From positions 1-63,300 of the forward strand of contig JAGOUZ010000005.1 in the NCBI GenBank assembly GCA_018060985.1: DNA of 63,300 nt, in the 5' to 3' direction. How positions within the stretch are numbered: the first letter of the stretch is position 1; the number at the start of each line of letters is the position of its first letter. The notes below the pieces were generated by a model that saw only the letters and a list, made by a program, of their open reading frames with translations, searched no databases and was not told where the DNA came from. A program made the translations under genes and the position numbers. Shown here piece after piece: positions 8,395 to 20,519 of this stretch. The stretch is from Minisyncoccota bacterium (GTDB lineage Bacteria > Patescibacteriota > Minisyncoccia > Phycocordibacterales > SBAW01).

Positions 8395-8849
8395 TTTTTA
8401 ACGCACACAAGACTCATCTCGTTCCTACCTTGCTGCTTCTTGCCGCAGCGGTTATTCCTCTGAGTCCGCTTGCTACGCTTGGCGCCTATGGCGACACCGA
8501 AACGTCTTCTGTGAATATAATGCAGGCGTCAGATGATTTTACGCCGCGCAACCAATTTAAAATTCTTCTTGATGAGGGGGGACCTGAAGCGGTTTCGTTT
8601 GCAGCTTTTACAGAAGGTGGAGAAGTTGCAGGAACCTCTACCGAGCCGGTTGTCGAGGTGAGTGAGCCGATAGTTGAGACTACGATTGACGAAGAGGAAG
8701 CAGAGACTCCTTCTGAAACACCAACAGAACCTGTCGTCGAAGTAGGTGAGCCTGTTGTAGAGATTACAACTCCTGACACTACAGAAGATACTTCAGAGCC
8801 AGAAGATGCTGATCCACAGCCTGAACCTACACCACAGGCAGAAGAATAA
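8391..8849 (+). CDS. small SipW-cognate-like secreted protein with acidic Glu/Pro/Thr tail
   Basis: LGA|YGDTETSSVNIMQA resembles the FFSDTETS motif; duplicated TEPVVEV-EP-VE; overlaps the sipW stop (ATGA). Confidence 0.65.
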   Translation: MIFNAHKTHLVPTLLLLAAAVIPLSPLATLGAYGDTETSSVNIMQASDDFTPRNQFKILLDEGGPEAVSFAAFTEGGEVAGTSTEPVVEVSEPIVETTIDEEEAETPSETPTEPVVEVGEPVVEITTPDTTEDTSEPEDADPQPEPTPQAEE

Positions 8850-8887
8850 AAAAACGCCCCAACCTGGTGTAGGTGGGGCGGTTTTTT
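8847..8887. terminator. bidirectional intrinsic terminator
   Basis: A-run, CGCCCC/GGGGCG stem, T-run; lies between convergent genes. Confidence 0.8.
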
Positions 8888-8898
8888 AATTGAAGTGC

Positions 8899-9489
8899 TT
8901 AGGGATTGAGTTCTGCATCCGGAACTTCTGGTGTGCCTTCAAGCTGCGTGCCGCCTGCAGCGCTACCTTCGATCGTTGTCTGTCCGGTAGCGATTACTGC
9001 CGCAGCAGTAAGCGAACGGGTTACGTTAAGAATGATGAAATCCAGTGACTGGCCCGTGCCAACGTCGCCGCGGGTTGTTGCAGCAGCCTGTGCAGCAAGT
9101 AGGGTCTGGCTTTGACGGCTAAGCACGCGGGCTACATCGGCGGCAAGAGTCTTGGCTTCATCGTCGCGGTCTTCGGCTTCAAGTTTGGTAATTGTGTCAG
9201 AGATGTTCTTCATGCGGTCGTTAAAGTCGGCAACGAGCGACGAATACACGTCTGCCTCAATGGTTCCTTTGCCTGCAGCTACCGATGCTTCTGTAAGACG
9301 GCGCTCTGCAAGCGTGATATCACGATCGGTGCGGGCGCTATCTGACATAGCGAGCATGTCGCCAACCTTCTCGTTGACGCTTAACTTATACCCATAGAGC
9401 ATGTCGCCCGGTACTGCCTGACTGGCAGCCAAAGATACGCCACCACCGAATACAATGACCGCTCCTAGTGCAATGATTATTTTTGACAT
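8899..9489 (-). CDS. DUF5667-like membrane-anchored helical protein
   Basis: TM then A-Q-AVPGDMLYGYKL-VNE...LAERRL-EA motif; start taken as ATG 9489 (MSKIII), ORF track starts at 9555. Confidence 0.7.
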   Translation of the reverse strand: MSKIIIALGAVIVFGGGVSLAASQAVPGDMLYGYKLSVNEKVGDMLAMSDSARTDRDITLAERRLTEASVAAGKGTIEADVYSSLVADFNDRMKNISDTITKLEAEDRDDEAKTLAADVARVLSRQSQTLLAAQAAATTRGDVGTGQSLDFIILNVTRSLTAAAVIATGQTTIEGSAAGGTQLEGTPEVPDAELNP

Positions 9490-9560
9490 ATATGCATGAT
9501 TAGACGCCCAGTAAGCTATTTTCTTACGAACTATTTCATGATACCCTGTAGGCATATTTT

Positions 9561-10343
9561 ATGGAAGAGGGCCTTCATATAGCGCTCGGGGCAGAGCGCC
9601 TCGGCGAACTGTACGGCATTCCTATCACAAACGCCCTTTTGGCTGGCTGGATAGTGACTATTTTTCTCGTGCTCGTTGCGGTACTTGTGGGACGCCGGGT
9701 ACGGCTTATCCCAGGCAGGGTACAGAACGTTTTTGAGCTCATTTTCGACTTTATGTTGGGGTATATGGAGACAGTGCTCGGCAGCCGGGCGCTTGCGATA
9801 CGCTATTTCCCGCTGATTTCGACACTCTTCCTCTTTATATTGTTTTCGAACCTATTCCACTTCCTGCCATTCATTTCTGCCATAACGTATACCGAACATG
9901 GCCATACCGCTCATTTGCTGCGTGCTTCAACGACTGACCTTAACTTTACGCTCGCTCTTGCCATCGTCGCGGTTATTTCTATTGAAGTAGCGGGCATCGC
10001 AGCACTCGGCTTCTTCCGCTACGGGTCTAAGTTCATCAACTTCTCTTCGCCGCTTAATTTTGTAGTGGGTATTATTGAACTGGTATCAGAGCTTTCGCGC
10101 TTTATCTCTTTTTCCTTCCGTCTCTTCGGTAACATTTTTGCGGGCGAGGTGCTGCTAGCGGTTATTGCGCTCTTTGTCCCGTATCTGTTGCCGGTGCCGC
10201 TTATGGCCTTTGAGCTGTTTGTGGCATTTATCCAGGCCACCGTATTTGCCATGCTCACCCTCTTTTTCATCAAACTTGCCATCGCGATGCCCCACGGGGC
10301 GGGCGAGCATGGAGATGGGCACAAAGAGGGCGCACACGCATAG
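9561..10343 (+). CDS. atpB: F0F1 ATP synthase subunit a
   Basis: IPG-VQN; FSFRLFGNIFAGE (essential Arg); FIQATVF. Confidence 0.97.
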   Translation: MEEGLHIALGAERLGELYGIPITNALLAGWIVTIFLVLVAVLVGRRVRLIPGRVQNVFELIFDFMLGYMETVLGSRALAIRYFPLISTLFLFILFSNLFHFLPFISAITYTEHGHTAHLLRASTTDLNFTLALAIVAVISIEVAGIAALGFFRYGSKFINFSSPLNFVVGIIELVSELSRFISFSFRLFGNIFAGEVLLAVIALFVPYLLPVPLMAFELFVAFIQATVFAMLTLFFIKLAIAMPHGAGEHGDGHKEGAHA

Positions 10344-10649
<306 letters not shown>

Positions 10650-10663
10650 CCTAACCTTCTCGC

Positions 10664-11113
10664 ATGGCAGAGCTGTTCCAAGCGTTCGGTATCGACTGGA
10701 AGATTCTGGTCATCAACCTCGTAAACTTCGGGGGCTTGGTGCTTGTGCTGTGGTACTTCCTCTACGGGCCAGTGGTTCGCATGCTTGAGGCCCGCCGGCA
10801 AAATATTGCCGAGGGTGTTGCTGCGGCAGAAAAGTCTAAGCAGGAGCTCGGGGAGATAGAGGGTGCTCGCGCTGGCATGCTTGCTAAGGCAGGCAAGGAG
10901 GCAGATGACGTGCTTTCGAGCGCTCGTGCCGCTGGTACAGAAAAGCAGCGCGAGATTATGAACACTGCAGAGGCTGCGGCACATCGCGTCCTTACTGAAG
11001 CGCAGGCTCAGGCTAAAGAGATGAAAGACACTGCTATGGCAGAAAGCAAGCAGGAAGTGGCTAAGCTCATCGTGCTCGGTATTGAAAAGACGCTAAAAGA
11101 GAAACGATCATGA
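10664..11113 (+). CDS. atpF: F0F1 ATP synthase subunit b
   Basis: FGIDWK...NF...LYGPV...RR; helical stalk. Confidence 0.95.
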   Translation: MAELFQAFGIDWKILVINLVNFGGLVLVLWYFLYGPVVRMLEARRQNIAEGVAAAEKSKQELGEIEGARAGMLAKAGKEADDVLSSARAAGTEKQREIMNTAEAAAHRVLTEAQAQAKEMKDTAMAESKQEVAKLIVLGIEKTLKEKRS

Positions 11114-11367
11114 CCTTAGCGAGGATGTATGCCGAGGCGCTGTACAAAGCGCAGCAGGGGAAGGCGACAAAAGAGCACAGTAAAAATTTAGCAGCAGCAC
11201 TGAAGCGCCGCGGACATCTCAAACTTCTCCCGCAGATTGCCGCAGAGTATGAAAAACTCCATGAGCGCCAAGAACGGTCGACGAAGTACAAAAAAGTAAC
11301 TCCCGAAAGCGAACAGACCCGAGTACTTTTAGAGCTCTATCAGAAACTTGTTTCAAACCATGGCTAA
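11110..11367 (+). CDS. atpH: short F1 delta subunit (85 aa)
   Basis: Position between atpF and atpA; YAEALY and [12 protein letters not shown]; C-terminal domain absent. Confidence 0.7.
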   Translation: MTLARMYAEALYKAQQGKATKEHSKNLAAALKRRGHLKLLPQIAAEYEKLHERQERSTKYKKVTPESEQTRVLLELYQKLVSNHG

Positions 11368-12919
11368 TTTTATCGAACAATTTAAAAAGGAGATCGAGGG
11401 CTTTGTTCCCAGCGAGCGCAAACAGGGCGGCGGCGTGGTAACACGCGTATCTGACGGTGTGGCCGAGATAGAGGGCTTGGAGGGAGTCGGCATGTCGGAG
11501 ATGTTGCGATTTAACATTGCACACGGCAAAAACCTTAAAGACGCTGTTGAGGGCCAGACGGAAGTCATGGGTCTTATTTTGAACCTTGAAGAGGAGTCGG
11601 TGCGCGCCATTATTTTGGGCGACGCAGGACTCGTTGCCGAGGGTATGCCTGTAGAGGCAACAGGCAAAACACTTTCTATCCCAGTGGGCGAAGCACTGCT
11701 TGGCCGCGTGGTTAGCCCGCTCGGCGAACCGGTAGACGGTCTTGGTGCTATTAAAGCAACCAAACACAACCCGATTGAGCGCGAAGCCTACGGCGTTATT
11801 GAGCGCCAGTCAGTTAACCAGCCCCTCCACACTGGCATTAAAGCTATCGACTCGATGATCCCGATTGGTCGCGGACAGCGCGAGCTTATCATTGGCGACC
11901 GCTATACCGGAAAAACGACCGTTGCTATCGACACGATTTTGAACCAGATGGCCGAGCCAAAAGAAACTCGCCCGATTTGTATCTATGTGTCTGTTGGTCA
12001 GAAAGAAAGTAAGACGGCCCGCCTGGTGGCGATGCTTAAAGAGCGTGGCGCGATGGACTACACCATTGTTGTGGACGCAGGTGCGTCAGCGCCGGCATCA
12101 CTCCAGTATCTAGCTCCGTTTGCAGGTGCTGCTATTGGGGAATTCTTTATGGAGCAGGGAAGAGATGCACTTGTTATTTATGACGACCTTTCTAAACACG
12201 CAGTAGCGTACCGCGCATTGTCACTCCTGTTGCGCCGCCCACCGGGCCGCGAGGCGTACCCAGGCGACGTGTTTTATCTCCACTCTCGTTTGCTTGAGCG
12301 CGCAGCCAAACTTTCTAAAGAAAATGGTGGCGGTTCGCTTACTGCGCTCCCAATTATCGAAACGCAGGAAGGCGACATCTCTGGTTACATCCCAACCAAC
12401 GTGATTTCTATCACCGACGGTCAGATATTCTTGGAGACCGACCTCTTTAACAAAGGTATGCGCCCAGCTATCAATGCCGGTAACTCGGTGTCTCGCGTAG
12501 GTTCTGCAGCGCAGACCAAGGCGATGAAGAAAGTTTCGGGCAAGATCAAGCTCGAGTTGGCCCAGTTCCGCGAACTTGAGGCCTTTATGCAGTTTGCTCA
12601 AGACCTTGACCCAGAAACCAAGAAGCGCATTGACCGCGGTCAGCGCATGATGGCAACGCTTCGTCAGAAAAACGGCGCGCCGATTGCCTTTGAGCGCCAA
12701 GCAGTAGTTATTTACGCCGCAGTAAACGGCTACTTGGAAAAAGTGCCGGTAGCAAAAGTACCTGAGTTTGAGGAAAAACTTCTTGCCTTTTTGGATTCAA
12801 GCGCGCCAGAAGTGCTCGAAAGCATCATTAATGCTCGCGACATCGTAAGTCAAACTGAACAAGAGCTCAAAGACCAGCTTAAGAAATTTGAAGAAACACA
12901 TCCGCAGCTGTTCGCGTAA
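11360..12919 (+). CDS. atpA: F1 alpha subunit
   Basis: [43 protein letters not shown]; start set at ATG 11360. Confidence 0.99.
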   Translation: MANFIEQFKKEIEGFVPSERKQGGGVVTRVSDGVAEIEGLEGVGMSEMLRFNIAHGKNLKDAVEGQTEVMGLILNLEEESVRAIILGDAGLVAEGMPVEATGKTLSIPVGEALLGRVVSPLGEPVDGLGAIKATKHNPIEREAYGVIERQSVNQPLHTGIKAIDSMIPIGRGQRELIIGDRYTGKTTVAIDTILNQMAEPKETRPICIYVSVGQKESKTARLVAMLKERGAMDYTIVVDAGASAPASLQYLAPFAGAAIGEFFMEQGRDALVIYDDLSKHAVAYRALSLLLRRPPGREAYPGDVFYLHSRLLERAAKLSKENGGGSLTALPIIETQEGDISGYIPTNVISITDGQIFLETDLFNKGMRPAINAGNSVSRVGSAAQTKAMKKVSGKIKLELAQFRELEAFMQFAQDLDPETKKRIDRGQRMMATLRQKNGAPIAFERQAVVIYAAVNGYLEKVPVAKVPEFEEKLLAFLDSSAPEVLESIINARDIVSQTEQELKDQLKKFEETHPQLFA

Positions 12920-12925
12920 CCACTC

Positions 12926-15231
<2,306 letters not shown>

Positions 15232-15242
15232 TAACAAGTAGA

Positions 15243-15343
15243 GCTAAAATGTTTTTAAGAAAATAGTCTGGCCCGCGAGGCCGCCCCAAAGAGGGCGGCG
15301 CGAGACGGGAGATCCGAGGACTTTTTCGAGAAAATATTTTAGC
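15243..15343. repeat. about 100-nt imperfect palindrome between atpD and atpC
   Basis: GCTAAAATGTTTTT (15243-56) pairs with GAAAATATTTTAGC (15330-43); inner GAAAA-AGTC/GAC-TTTTTC and GCCGCCC/GGGCGGC stems. Confidence 0.65.
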
Positions 15344-15351
15344 GGCACACC

Positions 15352-15582
15352 ATGAAAGTAGTAATTGCAAAAGTTGATGAAAATTTGTACGACGGCGAAG
15401 CCGAGTCTTTGACCGTGCCCGGCGCAGCGGGGGAGATGACGGTTCTTGGCGAGCACATGCCGATTGTTACCACGCTTAAGGCAGGGACTATTACTGTGCG
15501 CGGGAGTGATGGCGAAAAAACTTTTGATATTACAGGCGGCGTCCTCGAAGTCCGCCGCGACGGCGCAACAGTGATTTTGTAA
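15352..15582 (+). CDS. atpC: F1 epsilon subunit, beta-sandwich domain only (76 aa)
   Basis: VPG-AGEMTVLGEH-P; GGVLEV; ends before the C-terminal helices. Confidence 0.92.
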   Translation: MKVVIAKVDENLYDGEAESLTVPGAAGEMTVLGEHMPIVTTLKAGTITVRGSDGEKTFDITGGVLEVRRDGATVIL

Positions 15583-15638
15583 CATTGCGCTCCCGCTTTT
15601 TGTTTACATAACTAGACCCACCAATAAAGGGCTCACTT

Positions 15639-15875
15639 ATGCCGTACGGTATGGTAGATGTCGTTAAACTTTGTAATTGGTGGGAAAATGAACTTCAGTC
15701 TGTCCCGCCGGAACTCGCCACTGATTTGCTGACTCTCCGCACAAAATACAATGGACAGGAAGTGCCGACTCGGGCCGACCAAATACCGGATGATGTCGCT
15801 ACAGTTCTGTGCCAGTGCATAAGACTCTGGTTCAAACAGCATCCGTATGGGGGAGTGCTGCATATACAGTTATAG
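15639..15875 (+). CDS. 78-aa hypothetical protein
   Basis: Fills the atpC-tRNA gap; AAAGGG upstream; terminator immediately after. Confidence 0.55.
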   Translation: MPYGMVDVVKLCNWWENELQSVPPELATDLLTLRTKYNGQEVPTRADQIPDDVATVLCQCIRLWFKQHPYGGVLHIQL

Positions 15876-15878
15876 AGA

Positions 15879-15909
15879 GGCCCCGCACTCGCGCGGGGCC
15901 GTTTCTTTT
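15879..15909 (+). terminator. intrinsic terminator
   Basis: GGCCCCGC/GCGGGGCC stem followed by GTTTCTTTT. Confidence 0.7.
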
Positions 15910-15929
15910 GATATAAATTTTATTGTATC

Positions 15930-16002
15930 GGGCCTGTAGCTCACTTGGTAGAGCGCTTCCATGGCATGGAAGAGGCAAGGGGTTCGAATCCCCTCAGGTC
16001 CA
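15930..16002 (+). tRNA. tRNA-Ala (anticodon GGC), CCA not encoded
   Basis: GGGCCTG/CAGGTCC acceptor stem with G3:U70; D-arm AGCTCACTTGGTAGAGC; anticodon stem CTTCC/GGAAG with loop ATGGCAT; T-loop GGTTCGAATCC. Confidence 0.97.
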
Positions 16003-16043
16003 CTTTAATTAAGTTTGGATTTGTTTACGAGTTCCTTGAGGGC

Positions 16044-16073
16044 TTGCATATGGCGCAAGAGTAGGAGTAAACT
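16044..16073 (+). promoter_or_regulatory. possible promoter giving a leaderless transcript of the island
   Basis: TTGCAT-N18-TAAACT with ATG 16080 six nt downstream. Confidence 0.45.
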
Positions 16074-16079
16074 CGCTTC

Positions 16080-17975
16080 ATGAAGTTAAATCGTGTAGAG
16101 ATAAAGAACTTTCGGTCGATAAAGGACAGTACTGTCACTTTCGACCCTTCTTGTCGGGTGCTAGTAGGGATCAACGAGTCGGGAAAAACAAACGTCCTTA
16201 AGGCCCTCAGGCTTTTAACTGGTAAGTACAAATCGTCAAAAGTAAACGACGTGAGAGAGAGGGTGGGGAGGGAAAAAGCGGTTACAGAGGCCTATGTACG
16301 GTTCATTTTTCGCTTGGAGAAACCGGACTCCGATTCAGTATTTAAGCATGCCTCAGCCATTGTTTTATCGAACGAAGCAGACCCTGAGATTGTGGTGGCT
16401 GGTACTGAGAAGATATCGCTAAGCGCCTTCTGCTCAAAGCGCAATGAGGGTCTTTATACAATAAATATTAGAGAACAGACTCGGCAAGCTCAGTACTGGA
16501 CTTTGAGTTCCGCTCACAAATTAGTGCCTGGGTGGAAGACTCCAAGTGCTGCTTGTCCGGAGGATTATTCGGTTGAGGTTGAAGGGGAGAATAAGAAGCT
16601 AAAGACGTTCCGACTGGTTCGCGCGGCTGACTTTCCAGATATCCCAAAGGAGTATCTGGAAGGCGTCACTATAGAGCCTCTTTCTGCAAACGTCGGAGGT
16701 ACCATTACCGGCCTTGTTGATAGTCAGCTCCCCGAAGTTGTGTTTTGGGAGTACGACGAAAATGACTTGTTGCCTAATACAGTCGAAATAGCCGCTTTTG
16801 CGGCAAATCCTGACTCATGCGTCCCGCTAAAGCACATGTTTGTCCTCGCAGGCATAGAGGAAGACAACATTAAAGAGACTATAGAAGGGGAGCTTAAAGG
16901 TACGCCCAACCAAATTCAAAACTTTTTGGACCAAATTGCTGAACAAACTACCGCGCATTTTCGAGAAGTGTGGGAAGAGTACCGCGACGTCTCTTTCTCT
17001 CTGCGCCTCAATGCGAACAACATGGTGCCGGGCGTAAAGGAAGCCAACACGCATGACTTCGATAAAAGAAGCGACGGCTTCAAGCGTTTTGTCACCTTCC
17101 TCCTGATGATCTCGGTAAAGGTAAAAACGGATCAGATGAAAAACTCCCTCCTGCTCATTGACGAGCCGGAGATAGGTCTCCACCCATCTGGAGCTCGCTA
17201 CCTACGTAACGAGCTGATTAAGATCGCAAAACAAAACTACGTTGTTTATAGTACCCACTCGATTTTTATGATCGATTCTGGTGATATTGCTCGACACTAT
17301 ATTGTCAAAAAGAAGGGGGAGATCACCACCCTCGAGGCTGCACAGGCTTCAAACATTGCAGAAGAGGAGGTGCTGTGGAACGCGCTCGGTTACTCGGCCT
17401 TTGAGGTTCTTAAGGAAAAGAACCTTATTTTTGAGGGGTGGAAAGATAAGTATCTGTTTCAGGTTGCCTTAGCGGCGGCATCCGATACGCTTAAGCGAAA
17501 GTTTGTAAACGTTGGTATATGTCATGGCAAGGGCGCTAGCTCTATTAAGGCCATAACCCCAATTATAGCGCTGGCACGACGTGACTGTATTATCGTGAGT
17601 GATGCTGATGCGCCAGCTCTTTCTGAACAGAAGCGCTACAAAGCTGACAAGGGTTACGGTACCTGGCTTACCTATAATGAAGTAGATACAAGTGTATCTG
17701 CGTTAACGGGAGAAGACTTTGTGAAAAAAGATTTCGTTGTCACAACGGTTAATAGTGTCCTTGCAGGGTCAAACATGCCGCAGTTTACCGAGACTGACCT
17801 TCCAAGCGACAACGGAAAACTTGCGGCCATTTCTACCTGGCTTACTACGAACGGCATGAGCCAAGAGCAAGCAAAGACACAGCTTGTCGCCATAAAAGAA
17901 AGTATTTTCGAGGACCTCGAAGCAAAAAATATAGAGGCCGAGTATACGAAACTCTTGAAGGGAATAAAGTTGTAA
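16080..17975 (+). CDS. OLD-family ABC-type ATPase fused to TOPRIM nuclease
   Basis: IKNFRSI; Walker A GINESGKT; signature-like RSDGFKR; Walker B LLIDEPEIGLHP; STHS; TOPRIM LIFEGWKD, HGKG, IVSDAD, TGEDF. Confidence 0.85.
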   Translation: MKLNRVEIKNFRSIKDSTVTFDPSCRVLVGINESGKTNVLKALRLLTGKYKSSKVNDVRERVGREKAVTEAYVRFIFRLEKPDSDSVFKHASAIVLSNEADPEIVVAGTEKISLSAFCSKRNEGLYTINIREQTRQAQYWTLSSAHKLVPGWKTPSAACPEDYSVEVEGENKKLKTFRLVRAADFPDIPKEYLEGVTIEPLSANVGGTITGLVDSQLPEVVFWEYDENDLLPNTVEIAAFAANPDSCVPLKHMFVLAGIEEDNIKETIEGELKGTPNQIQNFLDQIAEQTTAHFREVWEEYRDVSFSLRLNANNMVPGVKEANTHDFDKRSDGFKRFVTFLLMISVKVKTDQMKNSLLLIDEPEIGLHPSGARYLRNELIKIAKQNYVVYSTHSIFMIDSGDIARHYIVKKKGEITTLEAAQASNIAEEEVLWNALGYSAFEVLKEKNLIFEGWKDKYLFQVALAAASDTLKRKFVNVGICHGKGASSIKAITPIIALARRDCIIVSDADAPALSEQKRYKADKGYGTWLTYNEVDTSVSALTGEDFVKKDFVVTTVNSVLAGSNMPQFTETDLPSDNGKLAAISTWLTTNGMSQEQAKTQLVAIKESIFEDLEAKNIEAEYTKLLKGIKL

Positions 17976-17994
17976 TTTAATCTCCAAACTCCTT

Positions 17995-18810
17995 ATGAGC
18001 GACGTCCAGATAAAAGATAAGGCTTTGTATGCCGTGGCACTCATGGCAGCCTTTTTGGCCTTCAGCACTTTTAAGACGGAAATGAGTGCTATGTTTGTTC
18101 CTATAGGTTCATTTTCCTTCAGCCTTCTAAGCATCATGCTCTTTTTCGTCTTTCTCCTAACCCTTGCAGTGTATCTTTATGGTCTTGAGTATGTGAGATA
18201 TAGCTTCCCAAAGTATCAAAACTTCTTCTTGTTCAGGATGATAGTACCGGCTGCAAATTTTGTATACACCGTTGCAATAACTTTTCCGCTCCTAGTGTTT
18301 GTCATGTGGCTCATTTCTATCACCCCTCTCTATGCTTTGGCTAAAGAGCACACTTTCTGGGTGACGGTCTTTGATACCTTGGCTATCCTTGTCGCTCTCA
18401 TCGCGGGTGTATTTAACAGCTATTCCCTAAAGAGACAGACTTTGCGAAAGCACACTGAGATTATAGAACAGTTGCGCGGTAACTCGTTGCGGACCGCATT
18501 TAGCTTGTTTAAAAGCAAGCTCTATTCCGTGAGCATTTTTGAAGCCTATCGTGCTTTGGAGGCTCTGCTAAAAGAGATACTGCTGGAAAAAAAGGGTTTT
18601 ACTACCGAGCGACTGGATAGACAAGCCATTATAGACATGGCTATAAGGGAAGAGGTTATAGAATCAAAATTCATTCCAATTCTTAAGGAAATTAAGATTC
18701 AGAGGAACGCTGCGGTTCATGGATCGGAGGAGCGCACGGAGGAAGAAGCGAGAAATGTGCTTAATGCAGTAAAAAGCATCATCGAACACTATGCTCCCAC
18801 TGGTGAATGA
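17995..18810 (+). CDS. 4-TM membrane protein with C-terminal HEPN (DUF4145-like) domain
   Basis: Four hydrophobic segments in aa ~10-145; EAYRALEALLKE helix; Rx4H motif RNAAVH at 18703-18720. Confidence 0.75.
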   Translation: MSDVQIKDKALYAVALMAAFLAFSTFKTEMSAMFVPIGSFSFSLLSIMLFFVFLLTLAVYLYGLEYVRYSFPKYQNFFLFRMIVPAANFVYTVAITFPLLVFVMWLISITPLYALAKEHTFWVTVFDTLAILVALIAGVFNSYSLKRQTLRKHTEIIEQLRGNSLRTAFSLFKSKLYSVSIFEAYRALEALLKEILLEKKGFTTERLDRQAIIDMAIREEVIESKFIPILKEIKIQRNAAVHGSEERTEEEARNVLNAVKSIIEHYAPTGE

Positions 18811-18881
18811 GTTTAGCTCAGAGCTTGCAGAAAGGTAATAAATTTTTCTAGCCTTCAAAAATCCCGTGCTACAATTTTTAC

Positions 18882-19892
18882 ATGTCTTCTGGGGATTTAA
18901 TTCCGCTTGCTCTTTACCTAGTGCAGCAGCTCGGAATTATGCTCGGCGTGGGATCTGCCACAGTGCTCCTCATCTCGTACCTGGTGTCCATGCGCGATGG
19001 GTTGGTAGAAAACAAAGAAGCCCAGTTCTCGCGTGTAGTGCAGCATGTGCTCGAAATAGGGCTGGTATGCATCGTCCTCTCCGGCGCCATCATTACAGCC
19101 ATGCACACCATGGCAGGGCAGTACGACATAATTTCCTCGCCAGCCTACTTCTTTAAGTGGATTCTCGTTGCGTTTGTGAGCGTGGCGATTGTCATGCGTC
19201 GCGCTAAGCCGTTTATTTCTTCGTTAGGTGAGGGGTTTGTAGGTGCCACTTGGTACGCACTTTTTATACTCCATGTCGTTGCGCCGATTGCCTTCTGGAC
19301 GGACCTTCTCATTCTGTACTTTGTGTGGGTGGCGGGCTTTATGCTGCTCTGGATGTCGCTCTCCAAACTTATTACGGCTCGTGGTCCGGTTGTGGCCAAG
19401 TCCGCGCCTGTTGCGGTTAAAGCCGCTCTAGAGCCGGTTGTTAAGACTGCGACAATAGTGCTGGCTCCTAAGCCAGTCCCTCCTCCTGCTCCTAAAATGC
19501 AGCAGCCTGCACCGCCTCCTGTGCCAAAGCCGGCGCCCAAACCTCCGGTGCCTCCAGTAGTAGCTAAACCTGTACCGCCGCCACTCGCTATCAAGCCTAT
19601 TTTGCCGGTGGTTGCTCACGCCGAGCTTGCTGCGCCTCATGTAGCAGCCGCGCCAGCGCCTATCAAGGCTGCAGTACCAATTAAACCGCCTCCTCCGCCT
19701 GCTGGCGTAGCGCCGATCAAGCCAAAAGAGCTGGTGGTTGCAGAGCATGTCTCTATGCCGGTTCCCGGTAAGCCCGAGGTGCTGATAAAAAATACCGATG
19801 ATACCGATGACATTCCGCACATTTACGTTATGCCGCGCACTCCCGAGGATGCAGAAAAGCACCTGCGCTCAACTGAGTTACAATATACATAA
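18882..19892 (+). CDS. multi-pass membrane protein with Pro/Ala-rich cytoplasmic tail
   Basis: About 5 TM helices, then APKPVPPP-type low complexity; TGC-TACAAT six nt before ATG. Confidence 0.8.
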   Translation: MSSGDLIPLALYLVQQLGIMLGVGSATVLLISYLVSMRDGLVENKEAQFSRVVQHVLEIGLVCIVLSGAIITAMHTMAGQYDIISSPAYFFKWILVAFVSVAIVMRRAKPFISSLGEGFVGATWYALFILHVVAPIAFWTDLLILYFVWVAGFMLLWMSLSKLITARGPVVAKSAPVAVKAALEPVVKTATIVLAPKPVPPPAPKMQQPAPPPVPKPAPKPPVPPVVAKPVPPPLAIKPILPVVAHAELAAPHVAAAPAPIKAAVPIKPPPPPAGVAPIKPKELVVAEHVSMPVPGKPEVLIKNTDDTDDIPHIYVMPRTPEDAEKHLRSTELQYT

Positions 19893-19897
19893 ATCAC

Positions 19898-20515
19898 ATG
19901 AAGTTTTTTAGCGACAGTAAACCCAAAAAGATTTTTATTTTGCTCGGCCATCCGGACTCATCGAGTGAGACGTTAACTGGGCAACTTGCTTTGCTGTACG
20001 AAACTGCCGCTAAGAATGCGGGGCACGAAGTTAAACGGTTAAATATTTATGACCTCTCGTTTGACCCGGTGCTGCATCATGGGTACCGCAGTATCCAGCA
20101 GCTCGAGCCCGATTTAGTTAAAGTGCAGGAGGCAATTAAGTGGGCCGACCACTTTGTAGTGCTCTACCCAATATGGTGGTCTGCCATGCCCGCGCAACTT
20201 AAAGGTATGTTTGATCGCATGTGGCTGCCCGCATTTGCCTACAATATGCGTAAGACTAAGCAGGGAACACCGGCTCTAGGTTGGCGCAAACGTCTTAAGG
20301 GCAAAACAGCCCGAGTTATAACGGTCTCTGGTACTCACCCCATGATGATATGGCTCTTATTTGGCGACTACACGAACGAGATTAAACGCGCCATCTTGTG
20401 GTTCGCAGGATTTAAAGTAAAGATGACGCGCTTCGGCCCATCAGAGATAGCTCCTGAGTGGAAGAAGAACGAATGGCGCCGTAAAGTAACGCGCCTTGGC
20501 AAATTGGGCGAATAA
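19898..20515 (+). CDS. NAD(P)H-dependent oxidoreductase, flavodoxin-like fold (Flavodoxin_2)
   Basis: [32 protein letters not shown]. Confidence 0.9.
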   Translation: MKFFSDSKPKKIFILLGHPDSSSETLTGQLALLYETAAKNAGHEVKRLNIYDLSFDPVLHHGYRSIQQLEPDLVKVQEAIKWADHFVVLYPIWWSAMPAQLKGMFDRMWLPAFAYNMRKTKQGTPALGWRKRLKGKTARVITVSGTHPMMIWLLFGDYTNEIKRAILWFAGFKVKMTRFGPSEIAPEWKKNEWRRKVTRLGKLGE

Positions 20516-20519
20516 ATTT

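Noticed and set aside
16080-17975. Calling the OLD gene Gabija, PARIS or retron-associated
   Set aside because: No UvrD helicase, separate TOPRIM gene, reverse transcriptase or msr-msd is adjacent.
19480-19760. Pro-rich repetitive DNA (also 33700-33880)
   Set aside because: Low-complexity protein linkers with synonymous variation, not tandem DNA repeats or a contingency locus.
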